Source: Mobula hypostoma | Lineage: Eukaryota | DNA: 64,000 bases | Direction: 5' to 3' | Assembly: GCF_963921235.1 (NCBI RefSeq) | Contig: NC_086098.1 | Location: 7,316,001-7,380,000, forward strand | Part shown: positions 23,780 to 36,518 of the stretch, piece after piece | How positions within the stretch are numbered: position 1 is the first letter of the stretch | How the letters are laid out: each line of letters starts with the position of its first letter | Notes under the pieces: generated by a model | Database searches by the model: none | What the model was told of the DNA's origin: nothing | The model's input: the letters and a program-made list of their open reading frames with translations, nothing else | Translations under genes and position numbers: made by a program

Positions 23780-25650
23780 AAAAAGCCTGCTTACATTTAC
23801 CTTATCTATACCCCTCATAACGTTGTATCCCTCAATCAAATCTCCTCTCAATCTTCTATATTCTAAGGAATAAAATCCTAACCTATTCAATGTTTCCTTA
23901 TCACTCAGGTCCTCCAAACGCAGCAAAATGTTCTTGGTACTCTTACAACCTTATTTACACCCTTCCTGTAGGTAGGTGACCAAAATTGCACGGAGTACTA
24001 CAAGTTAGGCCTCATCAACATCTTATACAATTTCAACATAACATCCCATCTACTGTACTCAATAAATTGATATATGAAGGTCAAAGTGCTAAAAGCTTTC
24101 TTTACAACCCTATCTACTTGTGACACCACCTTCAATGAAAATGGACCAGTACTCCAAGATCACCTTGTTTTACCACACTCCTCAGTGCTTTCTCGTTCAC
24201 TATGTAAGACCTACCATGGCTGGTCTTACTGAAATGCAACGTGCCACACTCGTTTGTATTAAATTCCGTTCGCCATTTATTAGCTAGTCCAGATCCCACT
24301 GCAAGCCAGGATAGTCTTCCTCAATGTCCACTACACCCCCAGTCTTAGTGTCATCTATAAATCTGGTGATCCAGTTAACCACATTATTCTCCAGATCATT
24401 GATATAGATAACGAACAACAAAAGACCCAGCACCGATCCCTACAGCACACGACTAGTCACTGGTCTCTATCTACTACCACTCTCTGGCTGACCATCCCTA
24501 ATCAGTCTATGTCCATCTAAATACTTATATATCAGGTCTTCTTAGAATACCTTCCAATAGCTTCCCCACCATTGATGTCAGGCTCACCGACCTATAATTT
24601 CCTGGTTTATTTTTAGAGCCTTTCTTAAACAACGGAACAACATTGTCTATCCTCACCTATCACTAAGTATGATTTAAGTATCTCTGCTCAGACCCCAGCA
24701 ATTTCTGCACTTGCCTCCTGCAGGTCCGAGGGAACGCCTGGTCAGGCCCTGGGGATTCACCCTAATCTGCCTCAAGACAGCAAACACCTTCTCCTCTTTA
24801 ATCTGTGTAGAGTCCATAAAGTTGATGCAGCTTTGTCTCAATTCTTTAGACTCTGTGTCCACCTCCTGAGTAAATACAGATGCAAAATATTCATTTAAGA
24901 TCTTCCCTATCTCTTTTGGCTCTATGCATGGATTACCATTCTGATTTTCCGGAGGACCAATTTTGTCCTTTGCAATTCTTTTACTCTTAACATATCTGTT
25001 GAATCCATAGGATTGTCCTTCACCTTGTCTGCTATGGCAACCTTGTGTCTTCTTTTAGCCTTCCTGATTTCTTTCTTAAGTGTTCTTTTGCATTTGTTAT
25101 ACTCCATAAGCACCTCTGCCTGCCTGCCTATACCTGCTATACACCTGCTTTTGCTTTTCTTAATGTGGACCTCAGTATCACTTGGCTCCCGACACCTGTA
25201 TCTTTATCTTTTATTCTTTTATCCAACCCTGGCTCCCGCACAGACAGACTAGTGTCTGCCCCCTCCTGGGCACACTTCATCATGGATGAGTGGCTTGAGA
25301 AAAACCAATTAGAAGTGTGAAGAGAAGAACACCTGCTATCCAAAATAACATTCTGACAAACTTTCACTCCCAAAATTTCACTTTTTTAAGGCCTCCCACT
25401 TACCAAGTGCACCTTTGCCAGAAAACAGTTTGTCCCAATCCACACTTGCCACATCTTTTCTGATACCACTGGCCTTTCTCCAACTTATCTCAACCCACGG
25501 ACCAGACCTATCTTTTTGCATATTACTTTGAAAATAATGGCATTGTGGTCACTGGATGCCAAGTGTTGCCCGACACAAACTTTTGTCACTTGTGCTGTCT
25601 CATTCCCTAATAGCAGATCAAGTATCACACACTCTCTCATCGGGTTATTT
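23780..25650 (-). mobile_element. Older CR1 ORF2 fragments (second lineage)
   Basis: ORFs 24922-25113 (YNKCKRTLKKEIRKAKRRH..VKDNP) and 24674-24862; RT motifs recognisable in DNA. Confidence 0.7.
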
Positions 25651-25657
25651 TATATAT

Positions 25658-26341
25658 TGTAAGGGGGTTTCGTCTTTTATGTTACTGTGTAGGCTAATTA
25701 AAATGGCTTCTTTGTTATGTTATACTTGGGAATGCTTCTTTGTTATGTTAAACGCTGAGAAAGTTCTTGGGTTAGAGTGTGATAAGAATATGTTACGAAC
25801 CAATTGGGATAGTTGTTATGGTTTTGGTGTATCTGAAGATATTGTATGCGCGGGGTTTTGCGGGCAGAAGGCAGGAGAGAGAGAGACAGAGGATGGACGA
25901 GGTGCTGTGAGTCCGCTAATGGGGTCGGACACCGAGCAGGGCATTCGGCAAGGAGAGGAGACAGAGACGGACTCGTGTGGAGCATCTGGTTGACCACTGT
26001 TGTTGGTCCCAGGCGGCCGGTCGAGGTGGTCCGAGGGGTCGCAGGGTGAAGAAGGAGGGTCCTGAGCTCCAACTGCTTGTGCACGAAGAGATTGAACTTT
26101 GATAAGTGTGGCACCTTTTATTTTCCTTTTATATTTTATTCTCTATCAATTATATAGTTCCAGTAATATCTATAAACTGTATATCATTTAATTGCATCTG
26201 GTATATTGTCTGTTATTTGGGCGGGGTGGGGTACCTCACACAGCATCCACACAAACTAATTACCCCGTTTGGCGGGGCCGAGGGCTGTTTCCCCAGACGA
26301 CAGCGAGCCGAGCGACCTTGAGGGTGACCAGGGGGGCTACA
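25658..26341. mobile_element. Solo-LTR-like insertion
   Basis: 684-bp block bounded TGTA...TACA, GC-rich core in AT-rich flanks; no exact TSD. Confidence 0.45.
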
Positions 26342-26404
26342 TATTATTTAATTTATTTATTATTTGTTATTTTTTGTACAATTTGCCCGGTTTCAAAATG
26401 GTTG

Positions 26405-26980
26405 TGATGCGTAGGTAGTGACAGCTTCCACCATTGGCTAGCAATCTTGCGAAAAGGCGAGCTGAATGTGTAAGACACTCCCTGCTAGAACATAGCCTCT
26501 GCAACAGCCAGCCTCATGCAGTGCCTCCTCTCTGGTGACACACGGAAATGGAACTCCTTTCAGACAGGCTGAACTACAGAGGACAGGGAGGAGGTCTGGC
26601 CCCTACACACATAGCAAGCAAGCCCACCAGCGTGTGGACACACCCTGGTGCTCGCGAACCAGATCCCCAGCTATGGGAAAATAGCCCCATTGCCTTACGG
26701 ACAGCCTCGGGAGAGATGAAGGTTACAGGAGTAAATCCAGACAGCAGATCTGGAGTGGAGACCCGGAGATATCTAGACGTTTTTGAACATCCTTCCGGCA
26801 GCTTCTGCAGCCAAGCTGGTGCCAAATGTATTGCTTCATAAGCTTTCCTTTGGACTACACTGGTGAGGCAGAGAGGGGGAACTTGATGACTGGGGATCTC
26901 AGGATCTCCATACCTTCTGCCCAGGCCTGTGATGATGATCATCATGACCCACTGTCCTTCGAGACAGATGGATGCCAACT
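26405..26980 (+). mobile_element. RTE-related non-autonomous element (family R3)
   Basis: Shares GGAGTAAA..TCTGGAG, GCTGGTGCCAAA and CCTTTGGACTACAC..GAGAGGGG blocks with family R2. Confidence 0.45.
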
Positions 26981-27764
26981 GTGGTTTATCTATTTTTGTA
27001 TGTTGGTAGCTTGTCAGTCTTTGTGTGTAGATTTTCATTGATTCAATTGTATTTCTTTGCTCTACTATGAATTCCTGAAAGGAAATAAATATCAGTGTAG
27101 TATGAAGTGACATATGTATTTTAATAATAAATTTAATTTTAACTTTGTACCATTTTCACCTCTTATTTTTCAATTTTTTGATGTCAGCCCATGTATTTCC
27201 AAATTTCATCTCATTCTAAGTATGTCATTTTGCAAATGATTTCTTTGTGCAATCTCATTCCGTAGTCACAGGGGATAGATGGCAAGAAGATCCATTTCGT
27301 CACGCACATTTATATTCAACTCGTGCATACACATTCTCACACAGGATCTTTGGTTCTTCTTCGGTATACTCAATCAACAACTGAGAGAATTGTTTCAGTG
27401 TTGGAAACTATTTTCTTTAGCATCGCTGTTCAGAATGAACACACAACAATCTGTTTCATCCTTGTATTTATTATTGTAACAGCCTGTAAGATACAGTAAA
27501 AGCTGCAGGAAAACTTGGAAGCTGGATTCCAGCTAAGATCTTTAAGTACATACATCGGAAAAAGCTATATTGATATTAGAAGGAAGTGAGCCATAGTTAA
27601 AATCTGTAAAAGGAAAATAGAATTCAGATGCATGTTGCTTGAGATATTTTCATGGTTGTAATTTATTCCTGATATACTGCAATCAATTGCTACAGTACTG
27701 CCTGATTATACTATGGCCCTTATATAATCAATATTGTTTATCATTTGCTTGTTAATAATGTACA

Positions 27765-28350
27765 CCTGGTTCCTCAAGGTTGTTATAGCTGGGTGTGGTA
27801 ATGGGGATAAATTCCCACTCCCTATGAAATACACCCAATGGTATGTGTCTCAAATAGTCTCTGACAACCAAGTCCAGCTCCTGGCCTTCACGTGTGGCTT
27901 AACTACTAAGCCCAGCAGAACCGTTTCTACTGACAGGAGAAGGGGCAAAGGTGGGTTATTGATTCCCTAAAACCAGTCACTTTGGTCAGAGGGGGCTCTT
28001 TGGACATGGTTGCCAGCTCATCTAGGAGAAGAAAAACTCTGGTTGCAAACTTCCATTGCCTTGTGGCTATATGCTGTCATGGGAAAGGCTTCGGGAGTAA
28101 ACCCCGAGGGAGAATTCCAGAGCTGGAGACCCTAAGGCAGTCTGACATTGTGTTCAACACTGACTGGCAAGTCCTGTGAGACCTCTGGTGCAAAACTATA
28201 TGAGCCTCTGCTGTCCCTATGGATTCATCAGCTGCGTGGAGAGGGGGAGCCTGTTACATGGGCTTCAGTTTGTTCTCCATATTGTAGTGCCCTGGCTTGT
28301 GTATCTAAGCAACTAGGATGCAACATCCATGGTTGACCCTGACCGGCGGA
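27765..28350 (+). mobile_element. RTE-related non-autonomous element (family R2)
   Basis: Colinear with 15495-16050. Confidence 0.6.
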
Positions 28351-30029
28351 GGCATCAGAAAGAATGTACATTAATGATATGAGCTTCATATTGCTACCAA
28401 TGAAAGAATTATAAAACAGAGCTTTTGAAATTAGTATTGATATGATTTTGCTTAATGGCGACAATCTGATAAATGGGATGATTTCATTTCCTCAACGACA
28501 TCCTAATAAATAGTTTTCTGACCTTTTTCCCCTGAGTCACGGAACATTACTAATGGCATACATATATGGAAGTATTAGAATCTATTTTTGGTGAACTTTC
28601 TATTGGGGCCAAATTTAATTAAAAGTGAACTAACTAAACTATCTGAGATAGGATCGATATGCCATGTATTTGAATCATAATTCTGCACTAATTATATTAA
28701 AATTTCATATCAATATCTGAGCCATCAATGACAATCATATCAGTTCCTATAGAAACTGCCATTTGCATCATATCTGTTAGTCTTGCTGAATTTTTACCGA
28801 AACCTTTTATGAAGTCAAATAAGAAACAAAATAAACCAAATCAATTTGATACCAGATCTTCTAACCATGCATGAGAATTTTTTTTGGATGTGTTTTCTGA
28901 TTATAAGTTAATGATATCTCTTCTGTAGCCGTTAAGAACTATCTAATCTTCAAAACATTATTGATTTTTGACTCCAGTAAATCAATAGAGATTGTCCCCT
29001 GAGCATCAGTAAATTGTAATCCCTCTGGTTTAATATATCATCTTCCCTGCAGGTTGATTAAAATATTCTGATCCTTCGACAGTACTCTGTCTGCTGAAAA
29101 GGTTGGGCCACTTGTCATTCTGTGAAATTAATCTGTCAGGCTTTGAAAAGCATTCCTTCCTCATTTATTCCTCCCATTGGTGTGGTAAACTTTGTACAGA
29201 AGCCCAAGATTTATTGAAATACAGCACAAAATAGGCCCTCTCAGTCCTTCGACCCATGCTGCCTCGTAATACCCCCAATTTAATCCTACCCTAATCACGG
29301 GACAAGTTACAATGACCAAGTAACGCACCAACTGGTGCGCTTTTTCGACTGTGCAAGGAAACTGGAGCACCCAGAGGAAATCTACATGTTTGTGGGAAGA
29401 GTGGGCAAATTCCTCACCGGCTGCAGCAGGAATTGGACCCAGATTTCTGGCACTGTAAAACGTTGTGCTGGCCACTACGTTACTGTGCTGCCCCTATGAC
29501 AAACACTCCCACGTTTTGCAGATAATTGACCATGGGCTGCAGCAAGATAATTAGCTCTAGTGCATAAGTACTTGGGGTTTGATGATTTTTGTCATTTTCA
29601 CCCATTGGATGTGCTTCCGCTTTGAGGACTCTCCGATTCATGGGCGGCCATAATCTTTCTATTACAATGATTGTTCTTGGCAAATTTTTCTGTAGAAATG
29701 TTTTGCCATTGCCTTCTTCTGGGCAGTGTCCTTGCAAGATGGGTGACCCCAGCCATTATCAATACTGTTCAGAGATTGTCTGCATGGTGTCAGTGTTCAC
29801 AGAAGTAGGACTTGAGATATACACCAGCTGCTCGTACGACCACCCACCACCTGTTTCCTTGGCTTCTAACAGGTGCTACACCTTGCCCATGCAGGCTAGC
29901 AGATGGAAGAAGTACCTTACACCTCCTTTGGTAGAGACTTACTGTATCTCCTCCCCGCCAAACAGCTCTCCAATAACTTAGGTCAAAATCCAACTACTGT
30001 CCAACTTGTGAGGGGTCAAATTTCACACT

Positions 30030-31460
30030 GAACTTTGAGAAGGAGAAGCTAAAGTTATATGTATCGGTATTACACTGAGGAAAGGGAATTACAGAGACAT
30101 GAGAGAGGAGTTGGCCATAATTCATTGGAAAAGAACACTGGCAGGGATGATGGCAGAGCAGCAGTGGCTGAAATTTCTGGAGGCAATTTGGAAAGCATAG
30201 GATGTATACATCTCAAAGAGGAAGAAGTGTTTTAAAGGTAAGATGACACAACCATGGCTAACAAGAGAAGTCAAAGCTAACATCATAACAAAAGAGGCAG
30301 CATATAATAGAGCAAAGATTAGTGGGAAGTTAGAGGATTGGGAAGCTTTTAAAAACCAAAAAAGGCAACTAAAAAAGTCACTAAGAAGGTAAAGAGGGAA
30401 TACGAAAGCAAGCTAACCAGTAATATTAAAGAGGATACCAAAAGTTTCTTCAGATACATAAAGTGTAAAAGAGAGGTGAAAGTGGACTTGGACCACTGAA
30501 AATCGATGCTGGAGAGGTAGTAGTGGGGGATAAGGAAATGGTGGATGAACTGAATAAGTATTTTGTATCAGTCTTCACTGTGGAAGACACTAGCAGTATG
30601 GTGGAATTTCCAGGTGTCAGGGGTCATGAAGTGCGTGAAGTTACCATTACTAGAGAGAAGGTTCTTGGGAAATTTAAAGCTCTGGAGGTAGGTAAATCAC
30701 TGGGACCAGATGGTGTACACCCCTGGGTTCTGAAAGAGGTGGACCAAGAGGAGGCACTAGTATTGATCTTTCAAGAATCACTAGATTCTGGAATGGTTCC
30801 AGAAGACTGGAGAATTGTAAATGTCACTCCACTCTTTAAGAAGGGAGAGAAGCAGAAGAGGGAAACTATAGGGCAGTTGGTCTGACCTCAATAGTTGGGA
30901 AGATGTTGGAGTCGATTATTAAGGATGAAGTCTCAGGATACATGGAGACAAATGAAAAAATGCCATAGCCAGCATAGTTTCCTGAAGGGAAAGTCTTGCC
31001 TGACGAGCAGGATATACAAAGAAGAATCAGTTGATGTTGTGTACTTGGATTTTCAGAAGGCCTTTGACAAGATGTAACACATGAGACTGTATAACAAGCT
31101 ACGAGCCCATGATATTACAGAAAAGATTCTAGCAAGAATAGAGCAGTGGCTGATTGGCAGGAGGCCAAGAGTGGGAATAAAGGGAGCCTTTTCTGGTTGG
31201 CTGCAGATGACTAATGGTGTTCCAGAGGTTGGTGTTAGGACTGATTTTTCACATTATATATCAATGATTCGAATGATGGAATTGATGGTTTTGTTGCAAA
31301 GTTTGCAGACAATATGAAGATAGGTGGAGGGGCAGGTAGTTTTGAGGAAGTCGAGAGACTACAGAAGGACTTAGACAGATTAGGAGAATGGGCAAAGAAA
31401 TGGCAGATGGAATACAGTATTAGGAAATGCATGGCCATGCACCTTGTGCGTAGAAATGAC
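30030..31460 (+). mobile_element. Decayed CR1 ORF2 (tether and RT)
   Basis: ORFs 30523-30885 (KSLGPDGVHPWVLKE..PEDWRIVNVTPLFKKG) and 30895-31077 (VYLDFQKAFDK). Confidence 0.9.
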
Positions 31461-32740
31461 TTTGTTAGTTGTTTAAGGCTGAAGTAGATAGATTCTTGAT
31501 AGGAAATATGAGAGCAACATTACTGTGACCATCAGAGATATGCTGTCAGATCACCTATTACTTCAAGGACATAGAAGAGGACATGCCCTTGTCTCAATTC
31601 TGCCATTAGATAGGAGGTTCAGGAGACTGAAGTATATTTTATGTATTGTACCATATCACTGCTGCAAAACAACGAATTTCATGACATACAGTATGGCAGT
31701 GATTGTGATTGCAATTCAATGCAGTCATAGGCCCGTGTGAGTGAGTGACCTACTCCAATCCTATCTTTTTCAAATGCATGAGTATATTGACTGCATCGCA
31801 TGGAAGTTTCAAACATGCTTGAACATGGGCGGTAACACTGGGGTAAATTTTTTGCTATGATGTATTCAGATTTGTCGACAGGATAATTATAACTAGCAAG
31901 ACACCATTGAACATTGGTAATACAAGGTACCTCAAGTCTGGTTCATTGGTCATTGGAGAGACCAACTGTGGGGGGGAGGGGGTGCTGCATGGCCTCAGTC
32001 ATTGCACAGTTCAGGCTCTCGTGACATGGTGGCACCTGTCACAGCCACCTAGGGTGCTCAAGGCAGTATGGGATAGAACAGAGACGCAGTGGGCGCGATG
32101 GATTCTGGCCAGCTCTCTGGTTGTTGCTGCTTCCCCAGTGTTCTCTCCCTGGTAGACAATCTGGATTGCCCTTGGCAGAGCCAGCATGAGACAAAATGGT
32201 TTGCCTGCATCTGCTGAATGAGCACAAGGTGTGGCTCCAGGCCAACATCCCATGCACCATCAGACTTTCGGCCATTCCACTCAGGGACTTCTGCTAATGT
32301 TATTTTTGTGACTATATGTGCGATCATAATTATACAGGTTTCCCCTGCCATCTGAAGGTAGAGCGTTCCTATGAAACAGTTCGTAAGCCGGAATGTCGTA
32401 AAGTGAAGAAGCAATTACCATCTATTTATATGGAAAAATTTTGTGAGCGTTCGCAGACCCAAAAAATAACCTACCAGATCATGTCAAATAACACATCAAA
32501 CCTAAAATAACAGTAACATATAGTAAAAGCAGGAATGATATGACAAATACACAGCCTATATAAAGTAGAAATACTTTTCTACAATCATTGCCGCACTGTC
32601 CACTGTAGCGAAAATCTCATGCAAGCACTCTCAGCAGAAACACGCTCTCCGGTAACCTTTAAGCTATGAAGCTGCCAAATCATACCGAATAACACATAAA
32701 AATACACAGCCTATATAAAGTAGAAATAATGTATGTACAG

Positions 32741-34173
32741 CAGTGGTCCCCAACCACCGGGCCGCAAAGCATGCGCTACCGGGCCACGAGGAAATGATAT
32801 GATTTGGCGATATGAGTCAGCTGCACCTTTCCTCATTCCCTGTAACGCGCACTTTTGAGCTTGAATGCATGCAAGGTCATTACCCGCGCATCATCCATGT
32901 CAGCGCGGGAAGGAGATCAACTCCTCGAGCTTGCAAATGACGGCGGGCATTCTGGATCAAATTCAAGGCTAAATATCATGAGATAGCCATGAAAGCACTG
33001 AAAACGTTGCTTCCATTTCCAACATATCTCTGCGATGAATGCAGTGAAAACTAAATTGCGGAATAGACTGGACATAAGAACCCCCTTCGAATATCGCTGT
33101 CTCCCATCACCCTTTGATAGGACCACCTCGTTGTAGGAAAACAAGCCCAGGGCTCCTACTGATTCAACGATATTGGTGTGTTGCAATGATTTTATATGTT
33201 CATATGGGGAAATATGTGCTGTGTGTTTAATAGCCAAACGTTATTTTGCCAAGACAGGAAAAAATATCCTGCCTGTGGCCATCGAACATGCAGCTCCTCC
33301 CGTGGAGGGTCAGACACCCTGAGCCAATAGACTGGTCCTGGACTTATTTTCCATCTGACATAGTTTGCATTTTGTTGTTTGATTGTTGAGGGGTTTTGTA
33401 TTGCTATATTTACGCTCTATTCTTGGTTGGTGCGGCTGTAACGAAACCAAATTTCCCTCGGGATTAATAAAGTATATCTATTTATCTATCTATCTATCTA
33501 TCTATCTGCTTAAAGTGTTTTGATGCTATTGACTTACATAACCATATAACAATTACAGCACGGGAACAGGCCATCTCTGCCCTTCTAGTCCGTGCCGAAC
33601 GCTACTCTCACCTAGTCCCACCAACCTGCACTCAGCCCATAACCCTCCATTCCTTTCCTGTCCATATACCTATCCAATTTTTCTTTAAATGATAATATCA
33701 AACCTGTTTCTGCCACTTCTACTGGAAGTTCATTCAACACTTACTTCAAGCTCCCCTGTCCTCCCCTGATAATTGACTTATCACTATATTCATGCGAGGA
33801 AAATATGCGCTGTGTGTTTAATATTAAATTCGTTGGATAAACCCTTTTAGAAACGAAATTGATTGTATTAGCCACTTATCACCTATATTCTGTTCGTGAT
33901 TAACAGCCCCCTGAACAGAAACGCCAAAAATGATTTTTTGAAAAAAATTGGCAGGTACACACATGCGCCAGTTGTGCATGCGTACACAGGTGCCCGCACA
34001 AGGCTTCATGGTCATTGTAGTCTTTCTCGGGGTAAATACAACATATTTGACTGCTACTCTTGTCCATTGGCAACTCTACTCCCCCCCCGCCCCCCCGCCC
34101 CGGGTCGGCCAGTCCGCAAGAATATTGTCAATATTAAACCGGTCCGCAGTGCAAAAAAGGTTGGGGACCCCTG
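32741..34173 (+). mobile_element. hAT (Charlie/Buster-type) internally deleted transposon
   Basis: TIRs CAGTGGTCCCCAACC / GGTTGGGGACCCCTG; perfect 8-bp TSD ATGTACAG (32733-32740 / 34174-34181); dimerisation-domain remnant FWIKFKAKYHEIAMKALKTLLPFPTYLC..KTKLRNRLDI at about 32950-33160. Confidence 0.92.
33246..33506 (+). mobile_element. Rex1/Babar-type 3' end with (TATC)n tail, nested in the hAT element
   Basis: Matches 3090-3337 and 58561-58710. Confidence 0.7.
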
Positions 34174-34312
34174 ATGTACAGTGTAGTATCACTTACTGGA
34201 ATTGGGAAGACAGCGCCGAGCACACTGATGATGGTGTGTTAGGCTGAGTCGTCGGAGGTTGGGGTGGTGCAGTGGTCCCCAACCTCCAGGCCGCCAATCA
34301 ATAGTGATCCGC

Positions 34313-34542
34313 GAAGGATGCAGGGGTACAGCGGTGGCCGGGATGCACCCAGCACATCTTTAAGAAAAAAACCGAAATAAACAAGCTAATTAATTAGGTG
34401 CCTCCCAATCGGCAATCGCCTCTGATCTGGGCCGACCTTTACATGCCAGGCGGCACCTAATTAATTAGCTTGTTTATTTCGGCTTTTTTTCTTAAAGATG
34501 TGCTGGGTGTGTCCCAGCCACTGCTGCACCACTGCATTCTTC
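34313..34542. repeat. Long inverted repeat (arms of about 90 bp, spacer of about 50 bp)
   Basis: CACCCAGCACATCTTTAAGAAAAAAACCGAAATAAACAAGCTAATTAATTAGGTGCC (to 34402) is mirrored from 34452. Confidence 0.9.
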
Positions 34543-36518
34543 ATGACAATGTGTCGGAAGTTGGGGAACATTGGGGTGGTGGGACACTGGGGTGTCATCT
34601 CATTGTCGTCTGTTTCCTTCAGGGCAGGCAGGTCATCTTCTTCTATGTCTGCCTGCCTCGATGTCGAAGATCAAGGTTCGTCATCTGCTGTGGCTGATGT
34701 GGAAATCTTGACAAACGACAATATGCTTGACTGCTTGGCCTCACACATTTTTCTATCATACAGTTCTTTGTAAGCATTCAAACCATCCTGCAAATATGCC
34801 CTAAACCTATGTACCCTTTCAAAATTAAAGTCGTACTTTTCTGCAATCATTGCAGCGAAAATCTCAGGCAGTTGCTTCACGTTCAGTTCCTGGATGACTT
34901 CACTTTCGGTCTGTTCGCTACTGCATTCGGTTTCGATTGTTATCTTTTCCTCTTCCAATTGCATCAGCTCTTCATCTATCAGTTCTTGGTCATGGGATGC
35001 CAAAACCTCTTCAACATCATCTTCATCAACTTCCACAAGCCAAACTCACTTTGTCCTTACTTCGTTCACCACGATCGATATGCTTAATTATGTCTAATTT
35101 TACGCTAAGTGTAACACCCTTACGAGCTCTTTTAGGCTTTTCTGATACCTTAGAACTCATCTTGCAAATGGATGCTCAAAATAAATCGACATAAAGCACA
35201 GATGCTCACAGGCACGTGTTTAAGCAATGCCGGCTAGAATGCAGTTCCGGGGGAGGAGCTTGGCTGCTCGGAGCTGCCTTCTTTCGTAACAGTGAAAACA
35301 CCTTCTGTTAGCGAAAACAGGTAACTAATGTAGGTCTTTCGTAACAGTGAGGTGTCGTAAAGCGAACGTTCAAAAAGCGGTGGACACCTGTATCAGAATC
35401 AGGTTTAATATCACTGGCATAGGTCATGATATTTGTTGTTATGCAGCAATACCTAATAATGAAAACTCTAACAAACAAGAGAAAATCTGCAGATGCTGGA
35501 AATCCGAGCAACACACACAAAATGCTGGAGGAAGGCCAGGAAGCATCTATGGAAAAGAGTACTGTCGACATTTCAGGCCGAGATCCTTCAGCAGAAATAA
35601 AAACTATGAACTAGAAATCTGATGGTAGAGAGGAAAAAGCTATACCTGAATCATTGAGTGTGTGCCTTCAGGCTTCTGTACCTCCTTCCGGATGGTAACG
35701 AGAAGAGGGGATGGTCGTTAATGATGGGTGCCGTCTTTTTGAGACGTTGCTCCTCGAAGATGTCCTTGATGCTGGGGAGACTAGTGCCCATGATGGAGCT
35801 GACTTTGATTACAAATTATCCTTCGATCCTGGGCAGTGCCCCTCACACCCACAGCAGATGGTGATACAAACAGTTAAAATGCTCTCCACAGTACATCTGT
35901 AGAAATTTGCAGATGTCTTTGGGGTCATACCAAATCTCTTCCAACTCCTAATGAAGTACAACTGCTGTGATGGCTGTATGCGTTGTAAGTGACTGTATGT
36001 ACTGTACTTTGCAGCTTGGCCTGGGAGAAACACTGTTTCATTTAGCTGTATACATGTGTATTGTTGAATAACAATTAAATTTGAATGTGAACATAGTCCT
36101 GAATCTGCCTGAAGCACAACCTTCTAATTCTGTTGAACATCAGGATCAGTGCATCTGCCCTATGCTATTGTGATTTGTTTTCTGCAGAAAGCTTCTGCAA
36201 AGCTGTCACAGTATGTGTATTCTGTAACGGGAATCGGGAATCGGTGTCATTTCATGTACGAACAACAGTGGCACAGGGAAGGGAGATGGGGAGAGCTGAA
36301 GGATTTGTGTTGGCTGGGAAGATTGCTGCTATTAGTTAAAGCAATCAACATCAAGAACAGTAGGGTGCCTAATTTCCCCAGCATTGGGAAATCTCTGCTG
36401 CCACTGTAAATTGTTACATTGTTATGTAAACGATGTCTCAGTGGTTCAGCGGAGAACCGAGGCGATTTCAGTTCCACAAAATCATTTCATAATCCAACCA
36501 AATTATTCCTCCGCATTA

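Larger units (their letters stand above)
32335..35390 (-). mobile_element. Tigger/pogo-type DNA transposon derivative hosting nested insertions
   Basis: TA-CAGGTTTCCCCTGC ... GCGGTGGACACCTG-TA; ORF 34671-35036(-) MEVDEDDVEEVLASHDQELIDEELMQLEEE resembles the Tigger1 transposase C-terminus. Confidence 0.85.

Noticed and set aside
26574..27113. 179-aa ORF
   Set aside because: Antisense to a repeat; no recognisable domain.
34671..35036. TIGD1-like domesticated gene
   Set aside because: Only the C-terminal fragment is present, inside TIRs, with no DNA-binding or DDE domain.
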